Shown: piece after piece, positions 1-9,535 of the stretch
Position numbering within the stretch: position 1 is the stretch's first letter
Layout: each line of letters begins with the position of its first letter
NCBI GenBank assembly: GCA_963719515.1
Contig: CAVRCJ010000003.1
Span: 96,001-160,000 of the forward strand
Direction: 5' to 3'
DNA length: 64,000 nucleotides
Source of the DNA: an uncultured cyanobacterium
GTDB lineage: Bacteria > Cyanobacteriota > Cyanobacteriia > CAKZMO01
The notes under the pieces: generated by a model
Databases searched by the model: none
What the model was told of the DNA's origin: nothing
Seen by the model: only the letters and a program-made list of their open reading frames with translations
Made by a program: the position numbers and the translations under genes

Positions 1-1309
1 CCGCATGTCTCACTTCTCGCTGATTGCCGAAGACGGAGAAAAGTCGGTGCGCATGGCGCATCTGGCCTGCGTGGGCAGCCACCACATCAACGGCGTGGCG
101 GAGCTGCACAGCAAGCTGATGAAGCAGGACGTCTTTAAAGACTTCTACGGCCTCTGGCCCCATAAGTTCACCAGCGTCACCAACGGGGTGACGCCTCGCC
201 GCTGGATGGTGCTCAGCAACCCACAGCTCACCAGTCTCATCAGCGATAAGATTGGCCGCGACTGGGTTCATGACCTAGAGCAGCTGCGGCAGCTAGAGCC
301 CTACGCCGACGACCCCGAATTTCGTCAGCAGTGGCGTCAGGTGAAGCAGGACGTCAAGCGCGAGCTGGCGACCCATATCTACACCACCACCAAGCAGAGC
401 GTCAATCCCGAATCCATGTTTGACGTGCACATGAAGCGGATTCACCAGTACAAGCGGCAGCACCTCAAGGTCTTGCACGTAATCTGGCTGTACAACCGCA
501 TCAAGCAAGATCCCACCTTCGAGGTGCTACCGCGCACCTTCCTGTTTGCGGGTAAGGCGGCGCCGGGCTACCGCGAAGCGAAGCTGATAATCAAGCTGAT
601 TACCTCAGTGGCTGAGGTGGTCAACCGCGACCCGGCGGTGGGCGATCGCCTCAAGGTGGTATTCATTCCCAACTACAACGTCTCCAACGGCCAGCGACTC
701 TACCCCGCTGCCGACCTGTCGGAGCAGATTTCCACGGCGGGCAAGGAGGCGTCGGGCACCGGCAACATGAAGTTTGCCCTTAACGGCGCTTTGACGGTGG
801 GCACTCTAGACGGCGCTAACGTCGAGATCCGCAGCGCCGTTGGCGAGGAGAATTTCTTCTTGTTTGGTCTCAGCGCCGACGAGGTCTATCGTGCCAAGGC
901 CGAGGGCTACAGCCCTCGTAGCTACTACGACACCAACACCGAGCTGCGGCAGGTGATGACCCTGATCCAACAGGGTGTGTTTAGCCACGGCGATCGCGAC
1001 TTGTTCAAGCCGCTGGTTGACCGGCTGCTCAACCACGACCCCTATCTGCTGATGGCCGACTTCCAGTCCTACATTGACTGTCAGCACCGGGTCGACGAGG
1101 CCTACCGCGACCCCGAGCAATGGACCCGCATGTCCATCCTCAACTCGGCGCGCATGGGCTACTTCTCGAGCGATCGCTCCATCCAGGACTATTGCGACAA
1201 GATCTGGAAGGTTGAGCCTGTTTCTGTAGAGCCGAGGCCCTACGACCAAGAGCGGGCCGCCCTCAAGGTTGACGACTACTTCCGCGCGCACCCGGAAAAC
1301 GCGGTGTAG
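1..1309 (+). CDS. glgP: Glycogen/starch phosphorylase, 5' part outside the window
   Basis: Motifs NGVAELHS, TNGVTPRRW, KRIHQYKRQ, FAGKAAPGY, and EASGTGNMKF (PLP lysine). Frame is open from the window edge. Confidence 0.96.
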   Translation, partial: RMSHFSLIAEDGEKSVRMAHLACVGSHHINGVAELHSKLMKQDVFKDFYGLWPHKFTSVTNGVTPRRWMVLSNPQLTSLISDKIGRDWVHDLEQLRQLEPYADDPEFRQQWRQVKQDVKRELATHIYTTTKQSVNPESMFDVHMKRIHQYKRQHLKVLHVIWLYNRIKQDPTFEVLPRTFLFAGKAAPGYREAKLIIKLITSVAEVVNRDPAVGDRLKVVFIPNYNVSNGQRLYPAADLSEQISTAGKEASGTGNMKFALNGALTVGTLDGANVEIRSAVGEENFFLFGLSADEVYRAKAEGYSPRSYYDTNTELRQVMTLIQQGVFSHGDRDLFKPLVDRLLNHDPYLLMADFQSYIDCQHRVDEAYRDPEQWTRMSILNSARMGYFSSDRSIQDYCDKIWKVEPVSVEPRPYDQERAALKVDDYFRAHPENAV

Positions 1310-1333
1310 TGGGCCGACTGATTGACTGAAAGA

Positions 1334-1368
1334 AAGGCCCCAGAGATTTCTGAAATCTCTGGGGCCTT
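1334..1368. terminator. Perfect 17-bp inverted repeat, probable bidirectional terminator
   Basis: aaggccccagagatttc-t-gaaatctctggggcctt lies between convergent glgP and the glutathione peroxidase gene. Confidence 0.75.
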
Positions 1369-1400
1369 CAAGTGGTATAAGGAAACGCTAGGGAGCTGTA

Positions 1401-1865
1401 CTAGCTCAGCTCCTTTTCGATTGCGGTAGTAACCTCAGAGGCATCGGGGGCCGTTTTGGGTTCAAAGCGGGAGACCACTTCGCCCTTGCGGTTGACCAAA
1501 AACTTGCCAAAGTTCCAGCCGATGTCGGGGCCGTCGCCCACCAGCTCTTGATAGAGTGGGCTGCGGTTAGGACCATTGACGTCTTGCTTTTCAAGCAAAG
1601 TGAAATCGACGTCGTACTTGGTTTTGGCGAAGGTCTTGATTTCCTCCGGGCTGCCGGGCTCCTGCTCACCAAACTGGTTACAGGGAACGCCAACAATCAT
1701 GAAGCCGCGATCGCTGTACTGCTTATCTAGCGCGACAAGCTCCTTGTACTGCGGCGTAAGGCCGCACTTGCTGGCGACGTTAACAAATAGAACAACTTTG
1801 TCCTTGAGAGCGTCAGCGGGAAGGGCGTTTCCGTCTAGCGTGGTTAGGTTATTGGGTATTGCCAT
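1401..1865 (-). CDS. Cys-type glutathione peroxidase (BtuE/Gpx family)
   Basis: Motifs NVASKCGLT, PCNQFG and WNFGKFL. Start placed at MAIPNN (ATG at 1865). Confidence 0.93.
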   Translation of the reverse strand: MAIPNNLTTLDGNALPADALKDKVVLFVNVASKCGLTPQYKELVALDKQYSDRGFMIVGVPCNQFGEQEPGSPEEIKTFAKTKYDVDFTLLEKQDVNGPNRSPLYQELVGDGPDIGWNFGKFLVNRKGEVVSRFEPKTAPDASEVTTAIEKELS

Positions 1866-1961
1866 AGTTAAATCCGAGCGCGTACGGCACTGCTTGCAGT
1901 TGACGCCTTCATTATCGGCTATTTGAGGCACGACCGAGACATCAACTTCTGCGCTCAGCCT

Positions 1962-2891
1962 TTAGTTCAGTCGCCCGAACTCGTCCATAGTAATCTGCTG
2001 AAAGCGTCCTACCATCGGGATTTCGTCTTGCTCGCTTTGAGCGATGTTGCTGTAAAGACGATTTATAGTCCGCTGTCCGTCTAGGGTTACCTTGAGATAG
2101 CGCAGGCCCTGTTGAATATAGGGCTCGACGCTATAGCGATAAAATTCCGGGTAGCTATTTAGCATGTCTTGAGGGCAACGGTATCCCAGCGCTTGAGCCG
2201 TCCCGGTTTCTCGCATCTCTGCAAGCAGAAGAGGAAGCTTGGCGAGGTAAGCCGGATCTGCAAGCTGACCAATTAGATCGGCGGCGCGGACCAGACCGGG
2301 GTAGTTTTGGGTGTTCTGATAGGGCTGCTCAGCGGGAACCGGAAAGCGAGTAAATTCGATGGCGGTTTTAACCCTGTCGGCGTCAATGCTGACGGATGCG
2401 AGCCGCTCTTCGACCACCATCTGCCCGCGCTTCACGTGATAGGGCGTTAAGCTCGCATCCGTAGCGTTGGGGTTGAGCTGCACCGCGGCGTCTCCGGTCA
2501 CGTAGCAATTTTTACGAACCTGATCGCCCTGGCAGGCTCCTTTGATGTAGCCCACATCGTGGCACATTAAGGCCGTAGTCACCTCAAGCCAGTCTTGACG
2601 GCTAACATTGCTCTCTAGTTGGTGCTTGCCTTCTAAAATTTGATGGCCAACGAGAATCACGGCGATCGTGTGTTCTAGGTTGTGGTAAGGTGCATCAGTC
2701 CATGCAATAATAGGCAAGATTTCATCAGTAATGTTGTCAATCAACGTTACATCAGAGGTCAGGGTAGGGCCGTACATACGCTGATAGTTTTTCTTGATGG
2801 CGTAGCGGCATTGGCTAATGCTTACACGAGCGTAAGCGGATTGCGAGCATTGAGCTGCATCTAATTGAGCTGCATCTAAAACGAATTGCAT
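1962..2891 (-). CDS. HD-domain metal-dependent phosphohydrolase (cyanobacterial Npun_R2479-like, PDE-like motifs)
   Basis: Motifs APYHNLEHT, CHDVGY, LTPYHVKRG and RAADLIGQL. Start uncertain. Confidence 0.85.
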   Translation of the reverse strand: MQFVLDAAQLDAAQCSQSAYARVSISQCRYAIKKNYQRMYGPTLTSDVTLIDNITDEILPIIAWTDAPYHNLEHTIAVILVGHQILEGKHQLESNVSRQDWLEVTTALMCHDVGYIKGACQGDQVRKNCYVTGDAAVQLNPNATDASLTPYHVKRGQMVVEERLASVSIDADRVKTAIEFTRFPVPAEQPYQNTQNYPGLVRAADLIGQLADPAYLAKLPLLLAEMRETGTAQALGYRCPQDMLNSYPEFYRYSVEPYIQQGLRYLKVTLDGQRTINRLYSNIAQSEQDEIPMVGRFQQITMDEFGRLN

Positions 2892-3337
2892 TGTCTGCCT
2901 CCTGCATATCAGGGTTTTCGGGTTGTGAGGTAAAGGTGCGACGCACTTGGCATAGTGGCTTAGCTGCCATCGGTTTGGCACAGTAATTCACTAACGCAAG
3001 GTGCGATCGCCGATGGCGGCAGCTTGGAACTGTAACCCCTGGTTGCGGGCTGAGCTGCACCCTTGGTTTAAAAAGAAACGCTCTGGGAGTCGGGATGACT
3101 TACCACAGCGTGACGATCCGCTAATGCGCTAGCTGGGACTTATCTCAGCTGGCGATATCAGCTCATGTCGGTATTAAAGCGCATCGATACCTGCGTTCCG
3201 GACGAAGGCATCCAAACTTACTTCAAACTCGTTGATAACTTATAGCCGTTCTACTACGCGACCGACTTGTGTAGGCCTTATCGAGATACGCTGTTGCTTC
3301 TTATACAATCAAAAGTCGTTGCAGGCAGGTTGAACCC

Positions 3338-4654
3338 ATGACTCGAGCACCTCGATCACGTAGGATTCGTAGCGAATGTATCGAGCAGGTTAAGCGAGCG
3401 TTGCTCATGCAGGGCTATGCCCGGCAGGTCGATTTGGCAAGCGACGTGAAGCTTTCGTTGACAACCGTCAACAAATTCTTGACCGGTAAACGAGTGGACC
3501 AGTGGAATTTTCTTGAGCTTTGCCGGTATCTCAACGTTGATACAGCGACAATCGCGGCCCTAGAAAACGAAGACGTTGGAACTGACGGAGATGTTCCCAC
3601 AGAAGAGCCCCTCGCGGGTGATTTAGACCTAGCCATCGATGAAGAGGCCTTGAACGACTATGTTGAACGACCGCCTTTAGAGAAAGCTTGCTGCAATACA
3701 CTTCTACAGCCTGGCGCTCTAGTACGAATCAAAGCGCCGAGCCACATGGGTAAGACATCGCTTTTGCGGTACGCTCTGTTTCAGCTTCAAGAGCAAAAGC
3801 AGGAATTTCAGACAGCCCTCGTCAATTTTCATATGGTCGGGGCCGCAGACTTTGAGAGCCTAGATTCGTTCCTACGGTGGTTCTGCATTAGCGTTGGGCA
3901 GCGGCTCCAGCGTCGCAACCGACTAGAAGAATTGTGGAATAGTCAGCTTTTAGCGCCCAAAGAAAACTGTACGCAGTATTTTGAGCAATATTTGCTTGCT
4001 GAGCAAACCAGACCGCTAATTTTGTGTCTAGACCAAGTGGATCGTATCTTGAAAGATCCTCAATCGGAGATTGTTCACGAATTCTTGAGTCTTTTGCGCG
4101 CTTGGCATGAGCGCGCCAAGATTGAGAAGCGCTGGGCAGTTATGCGTCTAGTTCTTCTGTATTCGACGGAGGTTTACCTTCCTATGCGGGTAAATCAATC
4201 CCCCTTTAATGTGGGTGAACCTATTGAACTGATGGAGTTTACCCCAAAGCAGGTCGAAGCGCTGGCCGAGAATCATGACGTCATCCTCGATCAAGCGCGG
4301 CTCCGACGGCTGTTCGATATGGTAGGCGGTCATCCTTATATGTTAGAAAAAGCCTTCGCCTACCTCAAAAGCCACGATCAAGACGTTTTCGAAACGCTTT
4401 TGGAGCTAGCGCCGACGCAGGCGGGAATTTATAACAATCATCTGCGCGATCACTGGACAGCGCTCCAAAGCAGTTCTGAGTTGAGCGGTACGTTAAAGCG
4501 CATTATCGACGTTGATGGCCCTCTACTCATCGACCCTAGTCAAGCCTATCAGCTGTACAGTCGAGGTTTGATCAAGTTCCAGGGAAACGAAGTTGTCGTA
4601 CGCTGCCGTCTCTATCAGCAGTACTTTGCTAGCCAGCTCAAGCTTAATTTTTAG
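3338..4654 (+). CDS. N-terminal XRE-like HTH fused to an AAA_35 (STAND-like) NTPase domain
   Basis: HTH: QVDLASDVKLSLTTVNKFLTGKRV. NTPase: YVERPPLE, Walker A IKAPSHMGKTS, Walker B LCLDQVD, QSPFNVG, VGGHPY. Confidence 0.88.
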   Translation: MTRAPRSRRIRSECIEQVKRALLMQGYARQVDLASDVKLSLTTVNKFLTGKRVDQWNFLELCRYLNVDTATIAALENEDVGTDGDVPTEEPLAGDLDLAIDEEALNDYVERPPLEKACCNTLLQPGALVRIKAPSHMGKTSLLRYALFQLQEQKQEFQTALVNFHMVGAADFESLDSFLRWFCISVGQRLQRRNRLEELWNSQLLAPKENCTQYFEQYLLAEQTRPLILCLDQVDRILKDPQSEIVHEFLSLLRAWHERAKIEKRWAVMRLVLLYSTEVYLPMRVNQSPFNVGEPIELMEFTPKQVEALAENHDVILDQARLRRLFDMVGGHPYMLEKAFAYLKSHDQDVFETLLELAPTQAGIYNNHLRDHWTALQSSSELSGTLKRIIDVDGPLLIDPSQAYQLYSRGLIKFQGNEVVVRCRLYQQYFASQLKLNF

Positions 4655-4710
4655 AGGGCTCTCAAGGTTTTACATTTATTCTTTTCTTCAATTTTTCGGG
4701 TTGATTCATC

Positions 4711-6125
4711 ATGGTTTCAGCATCCCTCTACCAATATCAAGTGGGAGGATCTCTTCCCGCCGACGCCCCAAGCTATGTCGAGCGTCAAGCTGACCACGAG
4801 CTATATCAGGCGCTGAAGGCAGGCGAGTTTTGCTATGTCTTGAACTCTCGCCAAATGGGCAAGTCGAGCCTTCGCGTTCGAACCATACAGAAGCTCAAGG
4901 CAGATGGCCTTGTCTGTGCTGATATCGACGTCACGGCGATTGGAACGCGAGACGTCACACCCTTGCAGTGGTACGGTAGCCTGATTCAGTCCCTAATCCG
5001 GAGCTTCTGTCTACCGCTGAGCCTAACGGACTGGTGGCGCGATCACCAACAAATGACGCCACAGATGTGCTTCTGGGAATTTGTAGAGCACATTCTCTGG
5101 AACACATTCCTCAGCGCGTTGTTATCTGCATTGATGAGATCGATAGCGTTTCCGATCTGGCCTTCAAAGATGATTTCCTAGCCTTGATTCGTGCTTGTTA
5201 CAACCAGCGTGCTGCCAACCACAACTTCGAGCGTCTCACCTTTGGTCTAATTGGATCAGCTGCACCGTCAGACCTAATCCAAAAGAAAACTCGCACACCG
5301 TTCAACATTGGGCGGGCGATAGACCTCAGCGGTTTTACGTCTCAAGAGGCCGCTAAGCTAGCCCAGGGACTTGTAGGCAGCGCGGATAACCCGCCTATCG
5401 TTCTTCAAGAGGTCTTGAACTGGACTAAGGGACAACCCTTCCTTACTCAAAAGCTTTGCAAGATCGTCAAGACGCGATCGCCTCGAATAGCCATAGGTCA
5501 AGAGGCAGTGCAGGTCGGTCGCTTAGTAGAACGCTACATTATTCAGAACTGGGAATCTCAAGACGAGCCTGAGCACCTGAGAACCATTAAAGATCGGGCC
5601 TTGAGCGATAAACGACATACGAGTCAGCTGCTAGGGCTTTACGAAAACATTCTGCGTGACGGCAGTATTGCGGCTACTCAAAATCCTGAACAGATGGCAC
5701 TCCAGCTGTCAGGACTAATTGTTAAGAGACAAGATCGGCTCAGCATTTATAACCGAATTTACCAGGCTGTGTTTGACCAAGGCTGGATCGATCAGGAGTT
5801 TCAAAATCTGAGACCCTATAGTGATGCTATTTGCGCATGGCAAAACTCGAATTATGACGATCGCGACTTACTAACTGGAGAAGCTCTTGATTATGCACTC
5901 GGCTGGGCAATCGACAAAAGTCTGAGTACTTTAGATTACAAGTTCTTGACTACTAGTCAAGAGCGTCGCGGCAGAGAATTTCAGAAAGATATCGAAGAGC
6001 TAAATCAGCTGTTAGCCGAAACAGGATATTGGACTATGGAGCTGCAGGAAATTAAAGAGAGAAGTCTAGACCAGGCCAGTTCAGTGAGCACCATAAGACA
6101 GCCTTTCAAAGGCTACAACGCCTAG
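4711..6125 (+). pseudogene. AAA_35 NTPase domain split by a frameshift near 5097 (ORFs 4711-5181 and 5034-6125)
   Basis: YQVGGSL..YVERQAD and Walker [10 protein letters not shown] are in one frame. Walker [23 protein letters not shown] and QDEPEHL are in another. Could also be a sequencing error. Confidence 0.8.
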
Positions 6126-7336
6126 TGTCTCACATGACTCCAGCCAGCTTTCGCGGAGTTGTTCCCACTCTGGAAAAAAACTTTAGCCTAATTAGTCAAA
6201 CGCTGTCTATGGTAGATCAGATGATGGACAGTGGAGAGCTGGGCTCTGAATTTTATCGAGTCATAGAGCTAATTGCAATGAAAATTAGCGAATTTCTAAA
6301 TGCCGATCGCACTAGTATATTTCTACTCAATGCAGACGCCAATGAACTGTGGTCTATAGCTGCTGAAGGAGAAAACGGTTCTTGGGAGAAGATTTGCGTT
6401 CTCCTGGGTGAGGGTATTGCTGGTCAAGTTGCTAAAACAAAGAAGTTCGACAATATTCCATTTGACTTTTATGATGATCCTCGCTCTAAAACAGCGAAGA
6501 TATTCGATCAAAAAATGGACTACCGAACCTACACAATGGTTGCTATTCCTTTGCTGGATGAGCGGAAAAATTTAATTGCCGTAGCTCAGATTCTCAATAA
6601 GCAGAGACCTAATATAGACCCCTCAGCACCTTTACGGGAAAGAATCGACGAGAAAGGATTTAGCGAAAATGACGTCACAAAATTCCTGGGATTTGCACCT
6701 TCAATCCAATCCGCTCTTAAATCTTTTCAGCTTCTTTACAAAACTGCTCAAAAGCAGCAAGCTGCTAAGGGATTGATGCGATCTATTCAGTCTTTGAGTC
6801 GAAGTAATTTTGACCTTGATAAGACATTGGCTTGCGTTATTGACGAAGCTGAAAAACTCATGAATGCCGATCGCAGCACGCTGTGGCTAATTGATAGAGC
6901 CCGTCAAGAGTTGTGGACAAAAATATCTGACGTAGACGGAATTATGCAAGAGCACCGTATTCCAATAAACGCTGGTTTTGTCGGCCAGGTCGCAACCACA
7001 GCCCAACCGCTCAATGTCCCATTTGACTTGTACGATGACCCCAATTCTGATACGGCTAAACAGACAGACCGTGCTACCGGATATCGGACCTGTAGTCTGC
7101 TCTGCATGCCGGTATTCAGCCCCAGCGGCGAACTGTTAGCCGTAACCCAGCTCGTTAACAAGAAGCGGTACGGTCATCCTTCAAACTACGATTCAGCGCA
7201 GTGGCCCCAGGTCCCAGACTGCTGGAAGGCTAGCTTCAACCCCACCGACCTCGAATTCATGGTGGCTTTCAATATTCAGGTCGGCATTGCGCTGCAAAAT
7301 GCCTGGATCTTCAACAAAACCAACTATCAGCAGTAG
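6125..7336 (+). CDS. Tandem GAF-GAF protein (CyaB/PDE-type cyclic-nucleotide-binding GAFs) with no catalytic domain; probably the C-terminal part of the upstream AAA_35 gene
   Basis: Two repeats of NADR(T/S)..F/WL, G(I/F)xGQVA, FD(F/L)YDDP, YRT..P and NK...F..D. Confidence 0.88.
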   Translation: MSHMTPASFRGVVPTLEKNFSLISQTLSMVDQMMDSGELGSEFYRVIELIAMKISEFLNADRTSIFLLNADANELWSIAAEGENGSWEKICVLLGEGIAGQVAKTKKFDNIPFDFYDDPRSKTAKIFDQKMDYRTYTMVAIPLLDERKNLIAVAQILNKQRPNIDPSAPLRERIDEKGFSENDVTKFLGFAPSIQSALKSFQLLYKTAQKQQAAKGLMRSIQSLSRSNFDLDKTLACVIDEAEKLMNADRSTLWLIDRARQELWTKISDVDGIMQEHRIPINAGFVGQVATTAQPLNVPFDLYDDPNSDTAKQTDRATGYRTCSLLCMPVFSPSGELLAVTQLVNKKRYGHPSNYDSAQWPQVPDCWKASFNPTDLEFMVAFNIQVGIALQNAWIFNKTNYQQ

Positions 7337-7400
7337 AAAGGCGAGGAGTTTTGCATCCATCAGCCTCCCATCGCATTGCGCTCATCTACAGAGAGCTCAT

Positions 7401-7598
7401 CTACAGGGATAGGGCTAGCAGCCAAACCACTATCCGCACAGTAATCAGCCCCAGCAATATCGCCACTAGCCACCACCGCTGTCGCCTGGTTTTAGGTAGC
7501 GTAAGCTTGGGCCGCTTGGGCAACGGGACCTCCGAAGTTGCCTTTCGTTCCTCTTCCGAGGGGCGGACAGCGCAGGGGTCTTGACGGCGATCAGACAT
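7401..7598 (-). CDS. Small hypothetical membrane protein (65 aa)
   Basis: ATG preceded by GAGGAG RBS; basic stretch followed by a C-terminal hydrophobic helix. Confidence 0.55.
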   Translation of the reverse strand: MSDRRQDPCAVRPSEEERKATSEVPLPKRPKLTLPKTRRQRWWLVAILLGLITVRIVVWLLALSL

Positions 7599-7630
7599 GG
7601 GAACTCCTCAAATTCTTAGCGGCTCAGCGC

Positions 7631-8340
7631 TCATTTTGATAAATTGGGTGCCACCACCTCAGGGAAGCTCTTAAAGTTGTGCTGCACCCAATCCATGCCC
7701 ACTTCATTATTGAGCTTAATGCCCTTGGGGGTATCTGGATAGATTTTCCTTAGAATATCCGCATCTTGGTCTACAGCGGCCTTACCGAACTTGAGGTAGG
7801 CCTTGCTCAGGGGTTTGAGGGCGGGATGTCTGGCCTGACCAAACAGCAAAACGTATGTCCTGGTCCGGTTTTCTGCCTCTGGCACAAAAAAGTGGCACTG
7901 CGCGAGCTCACCCAGCGGCGACTCTGCGCGAAAGATCACTAGGGAAGGAAAATGATTTTCCAGATGGGCCTTGAGCGTGGTTGGCAGCAGAAACAAATCC
8001 GGCTGCCTCAGCTTTTCTGCCAGGCTATAGGGAGCCGTGGGCATATCGTAAAAGGCTTCGGACGTATACCCGTTGTCGATAAATCGGCGAAAAACCGCCG
8101 TAATGCGAAACAAGTCCCGGTGGGTTCCATTTTGGTGATTGTAGTCGTGCATATTCAGCAGCATTGTGAGCAAATCGGTCTCGACGCTCTGGTCTGCCGT
8201 ATGGCCGATGAAGTCATAATCGGCTGCGATCGCCTCCATGACGTCAGGAATCGGAATTTTGGGCTCGTGCTCACCGTAGGAGCAAATGAAATCCCTCTGA
8301 ATCGTCAGCGCCAGAGGATTCAGCTGAGGCAGCGCTTTTA
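7631..8340 (-). pseudogene. C-terminal catalytic part of a Rieske non-heme-iron oxygenase; Rieske [2Fe-2S] domain missing
   Basis: NMHDYNHQNGTH (mononuclear Fe His pair) and DQDADIL are present. No CxH...CxxH Rieske motif upstream. Confidence 0.7.
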
Positions 8341-8746
8341 CCCAACGCGGCAAATTTTTCAGTCCATCGACGAAAGCATGACCCAAGAGGCGATCGCCTT
8401 TATGGCGAGCATTTTCCTAGAGCGTCGTCCTACGTTGGGGCAGACGCAGTGTGATTTACTGGCCGAGGTCTGCGTCCACAGCGGCAACGCGGTAGTTCTA
8501 GCCGCCCTGCGCAGCGCTGAGCTAGAGCACCGCCAGCAGTTGGTTCAACAAATCGAGGCCCTCCTCGTGTCGTATTTGGAGCCGCATTTGGGGGATGACC
8601 AGTCGAACTATGTAATGAAAGTAATGATTTGCCCTCACTGCCAATCTAGCCAGCTGTCTAAAAACGGACGCCGCCGGGGTAAGCAGTGCTACCTCTGCAA
8701 GGACTGCGGCAAACAGTTTGTGGAGAATTCGTCGCGCCTGCAGTAG
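8335..8746 (+). pseudogene. C-terminal part of a TetR/AcrR-type regulator with an appended InsA-like zinc ribbon; HTH missing
   Basis: Helical region IFQSIDESMTQEAIAFMA...LLVSYLEPHL followed by CPHC..KNG..GKQCYLCKDC. Confidence 0.6.
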
Positions 8747-8884
8747 AGAGGCGCGATCGCCCACCCTTCAGCTCGCCACATCATAAACTTTAGGGTCATT
8801 TTTTCTACGCTGACCCCGTCTGGGTATATCGTTCAGGTATGCGGTGCGCTGCGCCGAATGTAACAGTTTCAAAGAGCTAGCCCC

Positions 8885-9535
8885 ATGACCTCAGAATCTA
8901 CTCCCATTGAGCATCAGGACGTTCCCGAAGCGCATCAGGGGCTCCACAGCTTTTTGTATTCCTCTGATGATGAGCATGGCGTAAATTCCGCCGGCACCGC
9001 GCCGCCCGTTCAAGGTGCCGAAACGCCCGTTGACGTTGAGGCTTGGTGCGACGACGCTCAAAACGCTAAGGTCGCCGGAGTCTACGCCGTGCTGGATAGC
9101 GATCGCCAGCCCCAGTTCATCGGCTACTCCCGCAACGTTACCCGCTCCCTGCGCGGCCACCTAGCCCAAAAAGGCGACGTCTGCGCTCTGGTGCGAGTGC
9201 AGCCCTTCCAGTTTCCCAAGCGAGACGCCATGGAAGCCCTGCGGGACGAGTGGGTGGCCGCGCTGCCTAGCCCGCCCCCCGGCAACGTAGACGAGGCTTG
9301 GGCCGGGACAATTCGAGAAGCCCAGGCTCAGACGATGTCTGCCGCTGAGCGTCAGGCCTATGAAGAGAAAAAGCTGAAGCTGCGCCGCGCTATGGCGGAC
9401 GGATCGCTGTCGCAGGATGAAGTGAAGACGCAGGCGGAAGCGCGACAGGATTTGGCGGCGGCGGTCAATGATGACAACTGGAGCGCCGTGATTCGCGAAC
9501 AAACTCAAGAAACGCGGTCAACTGGCCTCGATTAG
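8885..9535 (+). CDS. GIY-YIG nuclease-superfamily protein (conserved cyanobacterial type)
   Basis: Motifs AGVYAVLD...FIGYSRNV..SLRGH and PPPGN. Confidence 0.8.
   Translation: MTSESTPIEHQDVPEAHQGLHSFLYSSDDEHGVNSAGTAPPVQGAETPVDVEAWCDDAQNAKVAGVYAVLDSDRQPQFIGYSRNVTRSLRGHLAQKGDVCALVRVQPFQFPKRDAMEALRDEWVAALPSPPPGNVDEAWAGTIREAQAQTMSAAERQAYEEKKLKLRRAMADGSLSQDEVKTQAEARQDLAAAVNDDNWSAVIREQTQETRSTGLD

Noticed and set aside
7952..8746. 264-aa plus-strand ORF as a real gene or IS1 transposase
   Set aside because: The first half is antisense to the oxygenase remnant. Only the part after ~8335 is protein-like, and there is no DDE domain or IS end.
8885..9535. GIY-YIG protein as a homing endonuclease or mobile element
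   Set aside because: No intron or intein context; it resembles a conserved stand-alone cyanobacterial family with host-like composition.
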